Shown piece after piece: positions 10,074 to 17,097 of a DNA stretch of 64,000 bases. The stretch is from Deltaproteobacteria bacterium. Lineage in GTDB: Bacteria > Desulfobacterota > Dissulfuribacteria > Dissulfuribacterales > JALVPX01. Numbering within the stretch: position 1 is the first letter of the stretch; each line of letters begins with the position of its first letter. The stretch lies in NCBI GenBank assembly GCA_027023445.1, contig JALVVK010000127.1:10615-74614 (forward strand). The letters are read 5' to 3'. Position numbers and translations under genes: made by a program. The notes below the pieces were generated by a model. That model was not told the origin of the DNA. It ran no database searches and saw only the letters and a program-made list of their open reading frames with translations.

Positions 10074-10945
10074 CTCACTACTGGTGGTCCGAGAGAGTTG
10101 GACCAGGATTTTCCCACAGCTACGAGGTGGAACTCCTCTACGAGGAGCGCACACCCTTCCAGCACATGTTCATCTTCAATACCCCTTTCTGGGGTCGTGC
10201 CCTGGTTTTAGACGGGGTCATCCAACTCACAGAAGGCGACGAATACGTTTATCATGAAATGATGGTCCATGTCCCCATTTTGGGCAGGGATCAGCAGGTC
10301 AGGTCTGTTCTCATTATAGGTGGGGCTGATGGCGGCGCTCTGCGAGAGGTACTGACCCACGAATCTGTTGAAAGGGTTGTGCAGGTTGAGTTGGACAAGG
10401 CCGTTTTGAAGGCATGCCGGAAATACATGCCAGAAATATGCCGTGGCTGGGATGATCCCAGGGTCCAGCTTATTATCGGTGATGGTGCAGGGTATATGAA
10501 GGAGGCCGCCAGGCGCGGCGAACAGTTTGACGTGATTCTTCTTGACTCAACAGATCCCATAGGACCGGCAATATCATTGTTTGAGAGGCCTTTCCACGAG
10601 GACATAGCCGCCTGTCTCAGTGATCATGGTGTGGTAGTGCGTCAATCAGGTCTGCCGAGAACCATGCCCAAGGTCATGCCCTTTGTAATGAAAAGATTCG
10701 AGGATGTGCTGCCTCTGGTCCAGGTTTACAGGGCTCCCGTCTCGGTATATGGAGACGAAATGGCCTTTGTGGCAGCCACAAAGGACGGCGTGGCACTGAA
10801 CAACCCCAGAGGCGATCACATCGGGAAATTTTATAACCCGGGTTGCCACCGGGCGGCCTTCGAGCTTCCCACATGGTGGAATAAACTTATTGAATCCTAT
10901 GAAGATGATGGACAGATTCCCCTTGAGACCATCAATATTCTTTGA
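10070..10945 (+). CDS. speE: Spermidine synthase (aminopropyltransferase)
   Basis: LDGVIQLTEGDEYVYHEMM, IIGGADGGALRE and LDSTDPIGPAISLF motifs. The TTG start overlaps the upstream stop by 4 nt. Confidence 0.88.
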   Translation: MTHYWWSERVGPGFSHSYEVELLYEERTPFQHMFIFNTPFWGRALVLDGVIQLTEGDEYVYHEMMVHVPILGRDQQVRSVLIIGGADGGALREVLTHESVERVVQVELDKAVLKACRKYMPEICRGWDDPRVQLIIGDGAGYMKEAARRGEQFDVILLDSTDPIGPAISLFERPFHEDIAACLSDHGVVVRQSGLPRTMPKVMPFVMKRFEDVLPLVQVYRAPVSVYGDEMAFVAATKDGVALNNPRGDHIGKFYNPGCHRAAFELPTWWNKLIESYEDDGQIPLETINIL

Positions 10946-11237
10946 TTGTATTGTAACAGGTTTGTTCCTCCATATTTTTTCAGCAAATTTCCGTCAAGCA
11001 CCAAAATCGTAAAATATAAGGCATCCACATGCAATTGTCCCGAATTATTGCCAAACCAGAAATCGGTTATCACATTACAGAAATTTGATTATCCCGGATA
11101 ATGTCATGTTCACGCATGGCCGACAGATTGGATTTAAGCGGCGCTTACGAATTTTCCTTCCATGCCATGGCGGCAGACCTTGCCGGAGACGGGCAGTAAA
11201 CGTCCAATGAAAATAATTCAGGAAATTGAACATGTTA

Positions 11238-11345
11238 TGGTGAATTGCCGCAAGGGACTCACAATTTTGCCGAATCTACAAGGCAGAGGGCGCACAGACG
11301 TACTTTATGTACTTCAGGTGCACGACAACGCAGTATCCCGGGTTT
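11238..11345 (+). repeat. Family A repeat, partial copy (conserved core only)
   Basis: TTTGCCGAATCTACAAGGCAGAGGGCGCACAGACGTACTTTATGTACTTCAGGTGCACGACAACGCAG aligns with the cores at 36948-37016 and 63806-63874. It ends in TATCCCGGG. Confidence 0.75.
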
Positions 11346-11382
11346 AAATCAAACCGGGGTTAACAACGGCGCGGTTAACATA

Positions 11383-12711
11383 ATGAAAAACAGTAAAAAC
11401 GAAATAACCCGCCAGACGCGCAGAATAATCTGGTCCGGAATATGTCTTGCCGTATTCTGGTGGTTTTTTGAATCAGCCACACACGTTTTCATATTTCATC
11501 AGGGCAACCTGATGACACAGGTTTTAAGCCCCAGAGTCCATGAATTATGGATGCGTATGGTTGTAGTCGTCTTATTGATGGGTTTTGCCTTCTATGCCAG
11601 GGGTGTTGTCATTCAGCGCTATAAAGCAGGGGAAAAAATAAGACGGGCCCATGCGGAACTGAACCAGATATTTAATACCGCTGCTGATGGGATGCGCATC
11701 ATAGACAAAAATTTCAACATGCTCAGGATCAATCAGACTTTTTTGAAAATGAGTGGGCTCAGCGAAAAGGAAACACAAGGTAAAAAGTGCTTCCAGGTAT
11801 TCCCAGGGCCGGATTGTCATACGTCCGAGTGTCCACTGAGTCGAATCATGGCCGGTGAGAAAAGAATTGAACATGACATTGAAAAAACCCGGAAGGATGG
11901 CCGGAAAATCCCCTGCATACTGACAGCCATGCCGTTCAAAAATACTCAGGGAGAATTGATTGGCATAGTAGAAGATTTCAAGGATATAACGACCAGAAAG
12001 CTCGCGGAACAGGCCCTTCGGAAAACGAATAATGAATTAAACGATTTCGTAAGGATAGTCTCCCATGACCTTAAAACCCCTATCTTTATAATCCAGGGGT
12101 TCTCTTCCAAATTACAGAAGAAATATAGCGACAGGCTGGATGACAAGGGCCGGGAATATATTGATCGAATAATAGAGAGCGCCCAGCGCATGGATCTCCT
12201 GGTTACAGACCTTCTCGCCCTGTCAAGGAGCGAACATTTAAAGTATTCCTTCAAGAATGTCTCTTCTTATGAGGTCCTGGATAAAGTCATCTCAAGCCTG
12301 GGGGACAGAATCAGGGAAAAGAGGATAGAAATAATCATGCCTCGGGATCTGCCGGAGATATGCGCTGACAGGCCACGTATCTACAGGGTTTTTGAAAACC
12401 TGATTGTAAACGCCATCAAATACATGGGGCACCCCCGGCATCCAAGGATTGAAATCGGATATGAAGATCTCGAAAATTTTCATCGTTTTTTTGTCCGGGA
12501 CAATGGCATTGGAATCGACCCGAAACATCACAGGGAAATATTCAAGATGTTCAAGAGGGTCAACGATTCCCCTGAGAGCAAGGGGTCCGGGCTGGGACTT
12601 ACAATTGTTGAGAAGGTCATCCTTGCCCATGGAGGAAAGGTATGGGTTGAATCCGAAAAGGGCAAAGGCGCCACCTTTTATTTTACCCTGCCCAAGGAAA
12701 TTAACAGATAA
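11383..12711 (+). CDS. PAS-domain sensor histidine kinase
   Basis: ATG 11383 (MKNSKNEI...), two N-terminal TM helices, a PAS region, H-box VSHDLKTPI, and N/G boxes (NAIKY, DNGIGI, GSGLGL). The track ORF start at 11245 lies inside the repeat. Confidence 0.88.
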   Translation: MKNSKNEITRQTRRIIWSGICLAVFWWFFESATHVFIFHQGNLMTQVLSPRVHELWMRMVVVVLLMGFAFYARGVVIQRYKAGEKIRRAHAELNQIFNTAADGMRIIDKNFNMLRINQTFLKMSGLSEKETQGKKCFQVFPGPDCHTSECPLSRIMAGEKRIEHDIEKTRKDGRKIPCILTAMPFKNTQGELIGIVEDFKDITTRKLAEQALRKTNNELNDFVRIVSHDLKTPIFIIQGFSSKLQKKYSDRLDDKGREYIDRIIESAQRMDLLVTDLLALSRSEHLKYSFKNVSSYEVLDKVISSLGDRIREKRIEIIMPRDLPEICADRPRIYRVFENLIVNAIKYMGHPRHPRIEIGYEDLENFHRFFVRDNGIGIDPKHHREIFKMFKRVNDSPESKGSGLGLTIVEKVILAHGGKVWVESEKGKGATFYFTLPKEINR

Positions 12712-12729
12712 AAACCAGGCCTGCCGGGA

Positions 12730-13542
12730 TTAGGCTTCATGCGTCTGCGCGGAAAAGGAATCGAGCACAGCCAGGCTCATGGCTGCATGCCATGTGGCGT
12801 CAAGAAAGGGGGCCGCGCTGTTTTTTCTGGAAAATCCGCCTGAGCCGGTTTTACAGGCCATGATAAAACGTATGGCGGCATCCACGTCCCGAGGATATTT
12901 TTTCAGCATGGACAGCGCCCTCAGCGCGTAATCACAGTTATCAATATAAGAGGTGGTATGGGGCATAAACCCAAATCCACCATCCATGTTCTGACAGTCC
13001 CTGAACCAGCGGGCGGCCATTTCACAGTCTATACTTTTCAGCCCAAGGATCGAGTCAACATAAAAGATCATCCACCTTTCCTTAACAATCCCCTTCCAGG
13101 AGGGACTTAAAGTGTTCATGTGGAATTCAGGAACTTCCATGGGGGAATCGTGAAACAGCTCTGTCATAATTTTTACCATATAATATTGATAATCCACTGA
13201 CATGCCCCTACCACTCCGGTCGCTGAGGAATCCGGATAAACATTGATCGTCTATAGGAATCCCAAGAAACCTGCGAGACCACAACAGTTGAAACAGGGTC
13301 TTGGGGCTATTTACCCGGACATGCAGGTTGGATTTCAGGTACCTTCTATGGGCGTCGATGGAGCCTGGTATTTTCACGCTTTTTTCCCCTTGCTTCTGCC
13401 GGGCAAGGTCTATAATCCTGAACGCATGATAGGTGTCCTCTATTGTGGCCGGCAACCGTGGCGTGGCACCAAAGCCGCCGGAATCTTTTGCCAGTTTTTT
13501 TACAAAGCCAATCATGTCTTTTAAGGCCTTATAAAAAATCAT
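12730..13542 (-). CDS. Prenyltransferase/squalene-oxidase repeat (alpha-alpha toroid) protein
   Basis: 270 aa with three spaced GGFG/GGFS repeats (SGGFGATP, DGGFGFMP, SGGFSRKN), each followed by aromatic or Leu-rich helices. Confidence 0.5.
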   Translation of the reverse strand: MIFYKALKDMIGFVKKLAKDSGGFGATPRLPATIEDTYHAFRIIDLARQKQGEKSVKIPGSIDAHRRYLKSNLHVRVNSPKTLFQLLWSRRFLGIPIDDQCLSGFLSDRSGRGMSVDYQYYMVKIMTELFHDSPMEVPEFHMNTLSPSWKGIVKERWMIFYVDSILGLKSIDCEMAARWFRDCQNMDGGFGFMPHTTSYIDNCDYALRALSMLKKYPRDVDAAIRFIMACKTGSGGFSRKNSAAPFLDATWHAAMSLAVLDSFSAQTHEA

Positions 13543-13697
13543 AAGATGCCTCCTTGCCAGGACGGATGTTTACATTTTATGAAAATACCATCGGAGTGAA
13601 ATCGTTAAAAATAAATACCACAGGCCAACAACACGTTTTTTTACGGCACTATCAATATTATTAAGTTTATAGATTTTTTTCGGAGGAGCAAGTACCC

Positions 13698-14213
13698 ATG
13701 AACAACAGTCTGGCAGGTATGGAAAAGGTGGTCATCGTTGATGAGGCAAACAGGGTTACAGGTTCAGCTTCCCGATCCGAGATGAGAAGGCATAATCTTA
13801 TTCACCGGGCGACATACGTCCTGGTGTTTAATTCGCAAGGGAATCTCTTTGTTCACAAGCGCACTGCCTGCAAGGACCTTTATCCAGGCCATTATGACGT
13901 TGCCGCGGGCGGTGTGGTGCTCGCAGGAGAACGCTATGAGGAAGGGGCAAAACGTGAACTTGAAGAAGAATTAGGGATCTCTGGCACGCGGTTAACAAAA
14001 TCCTTTGATTTTTATCACCAAAGCAGACACAACAGGGTGTGGGGAAGGGTTTTTTCCTGCATCCATGACGGGCCTGTACGTTTACAGAAGGAAGAGGTTG
14101 AACACGGCTGTTTCATGGAAATTGGACAGATACTACGGATGATGGGAACCCACCCATTCACTCCGGACGGGGTTCTGGTGCTGCGCCGTTATCTTGATTC
14201 ACATGGGGCATAA
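13698..14213 (+). CDS. Nudix hydrolase (IDI-like/YfcD-like subfamily, not an IDI)
   Basis: Intact Nudix box GGVVLAGERYEEGAKRELEEELGI. The N-terminus resembles type 1 IDI, but the IDI Cys motif is absent. GGAGGA RBS. Confidence 0.8.
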   Translation: MNNSLAGMEKVVIVDEANRVTGSASRSEMRRHNLIHRATYVLVFNSQGNLFVHKRTACKDLYPGHYDVAAGGVVLAGERYEEGAKRELEEELGISGTRLTKSFDFYHQSRHNRVWGRVFSCIHDGPVRLQKEEVEHGCFMEIGQILRMMGTHPFTPDGVLVLRRYLDSHGA

Positions 14214-14471
14214 TCCCGGATTATGCACTTCAAATACCGAATAAAATAATTTCTTCTATAATTTAAGCATGTTGTTGTCAATATAACACCAAAAATATTC
14301 ACCTGAATGCTGACAAGTTCCAATAGCAAAAATGTTCGGCATTTAAAGCCATAAGGGGCTCGCAATTTCACCGAATTTACTGCGTTGTCGGGCAGTTGAA
14401 GTACCATAATGTCTGCATGCCCTCCGCCTTGCACCTTTGACAAACTTGCGAGCTGCATAATCCGGGATTAT
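14208..14471 (-). repeat. Family A repeat, full copy in inverted orientation, with extended palindromic ends
   Basis: Ends are GCATAATCCCGGATTATGCAC and GCTGCATAATCCGGGATTAT. The reverse complement aligns with 36926-37180 at both ends and in the core. The left end overlaps the Nudix stop codon at 14211-14213. Confidence 0.85.
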
Positions 14472-14562
14472 CCGCTTCCGTGGATTCAGGGCCGGTTTAT
14501 TTCGGCCACAGGCCTTGGTTTTTCCGCTTGAAGTCATGCGACATGACATGTATTGTCCATCC

Positions 14563-16332
14563 ATGTCGTTGAAAATTCTTCTGATATATCCGTATTGCCT
14601 TGAAGAAAGGGGCAAGGATTACGATGTAAGGCCTGTACCAATAGGGGTTTACTATATCGGGGCACTCCTCAGGGAACATGGCTACGACATAGAAATACTG
14701 AATTGGTACAATATTAATAAATTCCCTGAAAAAATTAGTGAACTCCTCGAGCAAAAACGACCTGACATAATTGGCCTTTCCGTGCTGCAGGCCAATCGAT
14801 GGGGCGCACTGGAGATCGCTAAAGCCGCAAAAAAACTGAACCCGGACGTCAAAATTGTATACGGAGGAGTGGCGGCCACATTCCTCTGGCGTCATTTTCT
14901 TTCCCATTTTTCAGAAGTGGATTTTATTGTGCTGGGAGAGGGGGAATACACATTCCTTAACCTGGTAAAAGGCTTGGAAAAAAATGACCTGGAAGCCTTG
15001 GAGAAGACTGGTGGCCTTGCCTTCAGGAAGAATGGCACCCCATTCAGGACAGGGGAACCGACGCCCGTGGAAGATATCGACAGACTTCCCGTGCCTTCAA
15101 AATACTTTGATTATCAACATGTGGTTTCGGCAAGGGGATGTCCATGGAACTGCACGTTCTGTGGATCACCCCGGTTCTGGGGACGCAAAGTCCGTTTCCA
15201 TTCCCCTGATTATTTCGTCGATCAACTGGAATTGCTTTATAAAAAGGGCATAAACTTCTTCTATGTATCTGACGATACCTTCACCCTCAAAAAAAACAGG
15301 GTCATCGAAATCTGCAGACAGATCATAAAACGGGGCCTTCGTATTACATGGCAGGCCATATCAAGGGTTGACTGCGTTGACGAGGACATACTTTACTGGA
15401 TGCGTCTTGCCGGCTGCGTGCAGATAAGCTATGGGGTTGAAAGCGGCTCCAAAAAAATGAGGGATTTCTTCAATAAAAAAACAGATACGGCCACCATCAA
15501 GAAAACTTTCAACCTGACAAGGTCCTACGGAATCCTCGCAAGGGCCTATTTCATCTATGGATCCCCGGGAGAGACATGGGAAACCATTCAGGAAAGCATA
15601 GACCTCATACATGAAACAAGGCCATTAAGCGTTGTTTTTTACATACTGGACATCTATCCTGGAACCGCCCTGTACGATGACTTCAAGCGAAGAAAAAACA
15701 TATCAGACGATATCTGGCTGAAAAAGATTGAAGACATAATGTATCATGAAACCGATCCCCGCCTCTCGGCGGACCAGATCCTTGCCTTTGGCAGGAAGTT
15801 GCGTACAGATTACTATAATAATCTGCACAGGTTTACCGAACACCTGAATCTGGTTGACAAAAAGGAACTGTACAAGGCCCACGCAGATTTCTGCACCAGG
15901 CTCGCCATGACGTTCCAATTCGGCGACTATGCCCATAACAAACAGGTACAAAACAGGGAACAGGTAGCGGAAAGACTTTTCAAAAAGGCTCTGACATACT
16001 ATCCGGATCATCATGCCTACCTTGGATTAGGCATCATATATCAAAAGAAAAGACAGTTTGAAAAATCCATCAAACTACTTGAGGAAGGCGTACAGCACTA
16101 TCCCGGAAGCCAGCAAATTAATATATGCCTCGGGGTAAGCTACATGAATACCGGCAATTTCCAAAAGGCCCTTTCCTGCTTCCTGCCCTTTAAAAATTCA
16201 CCGGACGCTCTTCAAAGGGCGGCACAGTGCTATGAAATTCTGGGAGATATTGAAAACATGAAGGCCTGCAAAAACCGGATTCAGTCACTGCAGACCTTCT
16301 CTGCCAGGCAGACACATTTCAGTGGCACATAA
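14563..16332 (+). CDS. B12-binding-domain radical SAM protein with C-terminal TPR repeats
   Basis: N-terminal cobalamin-binding-like region (ILLIYPY...GVYYIGALLREHGYDIEILN), radical SAM cluster motif CPWNCTFC, and a TPR-like C-terminus. I prefer the ATG at 14563. Confidence 0.82.
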   Translation: MSLKILLIYPYCLEERGKDYDVRPVPIGVYYIGALLREHGYDIEILNWYNINKFPEKISELLEQKRPDIIGLSVLQANRWGALEIAKAAKKLNPDVKIVYGGVAATFLWRHFLSHFSEVDFIVLGEGEYTFLNLVKGLEKNDLEALEKTGGLAFRKNGTPFRTGEPTPVEDIDRLPVPSKYFDYQHVVSARGCPWNCTFCGSPRFWGRKVRFHSPDYFVDQLELLYKKGINFFYVSDDTFTLKKNRVIEICRQIIKRGLRITWQAISRVDCVDEDILYWMRLAGCVQISYGVESGSKKMRDFFNKKTDTATIKKTFNLTRSYGILARAYFIYGSPGETWETIQESIDLIHETRPLSVVFYILDIYPGTALYDDFKRRKNISDDIWLKKIEDIMYHETDPRLSADQILAFGRKLRTDYYNNLHRFTEHLNLVDKKELYKAHADFCTRLAMTFQFGDYAHNKQVQNREQVAERLFKKALTYYPDHHAYLGLGIIYQKKRQFEKSIKLLEEGVQHYPGSQQINICLGVSYMNTGNFQKALSCFLPFKNSPDALQRAAQCYEILGDIENMKACKNRIQSLQTFSARQTHFSGT

Positions 16333-16341
16333 TATTGGGGC

Positions 16342-16406
16342 ATTATCCGGGGTTGTGCGCCTCAAATGCCTGAAAAAATGATTTCAGCTTCATAACCCGG
16401 GGTTAT
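16342..16406 (-). repeat. Family A miniature derivative (two termini plus ~40 nt of the right arm)
   Basis: ATTATCCGGGGTTGTGCGCCTCAAATGCCTGAAAAAATGATTTCAGCTTCATAACCCGGGGTTAT. It matches the reverse complement of 37141-37180 and is bounded by terminal-type palindromes. Confidence 0.65.
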
Positions 16407-16426
16407 CGGACATGAGGTATTCGTTG

Positions 16427-16840
16427 TCATCCCTGCGTTGCGCTCTGAAATGCCTCGTCCAGGCGGGACTCAACATACCGGATCCTGTCTTCGTCAAATT
16501 TTTCTATGTCAAAACATATGGCATCCTCGCCCAGTAGACCGCCGGGCACAAAATCTCCCTTTTCTTCAGGATCCTTGATAAGCTCAGCATAAAAACATAC
16601 GGACAGCCATCGGGGCTGATCTTCAATAACGTCTACCATGACAAACATGGGTTTATTCTTCAGGTTTTCGTGTGTTGCCCTCAGAGAATAGGTCACCTTG
16701 GGCCGGGGTAAAAAATCCAGCTTTATCCCTGGCTTGGACATAAGATGATCCTTCAGGCGTATAAAGACCTTTTTGTTCTGTTCAGGGGAATCCGGCCAAT
16801 CCTTAATGAACGATTCGAGTGCCTGAATAACTTTTTCCAT
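16427..16840 (-). CDS. Hypothetical protein (138 aa)
   Basis: ATG 16840 follows AGGAGAAC. I recognise no motif. The track ORF starts at 16888. Confidence 0.5.
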   Translation of the reverse strand: MEKVIQALESFIKDWPDSPEQNKKVFIRLKDHLMSKPGIKLDFLPRPKVTYSLRATHENLKNKPMFVMVDVIEDQPRWLSVCFYAELIKDPEEKGDFVPGGLLGEDAICFDIEKFDEDRIRYVESRLDEAFQSATQG

Positions 16841-16943
16841 GTGTTCTCCTGTCAATTCTCTTGATTGTTTGAAGAAGTATTTTATCATCCATATGCTCAG
16901 AAAAACAATCTATTTTTTTGTGTCCTGTGCCCGAACCCCGACT

Positions 16944-17026
16944 TTCATGCCAAGTGGCGCTTCGCTTTGTCCATGTATGTTCTTGTGTGTCCATGGCTAA
17001 TCAAAAAATGCATTTTCGGATAAAAT
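16944..17026 (+). repeat. Family B repeat, partial (half hairpin plus the 60-nt right module)
   Basis: TTCATGCCAAGTGGCGCTTCGC, followed by TTTGTCCATGTATGTTCTTGTGTGTCCATGGCTAATCAAAAAATGCATTTTCGGATAAA. It matches 41945-41966 and 42131-42190. Confidence 0.75.
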
Positions 17027-17097
17027 TTACGAGCCTCTTGTGGCTTCAATGGTAAATTCCTGTGGCCATCCCAGGCAAACATGGCTATAAATATTGT

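Noticed and set aside
11245-11382. N-terminal extension of the histidine kinase ORF.
   Set aside because: It is encoded by the family A core repeat. The kinase most plausibly starts at ATG 11383, just before its first TM helix.
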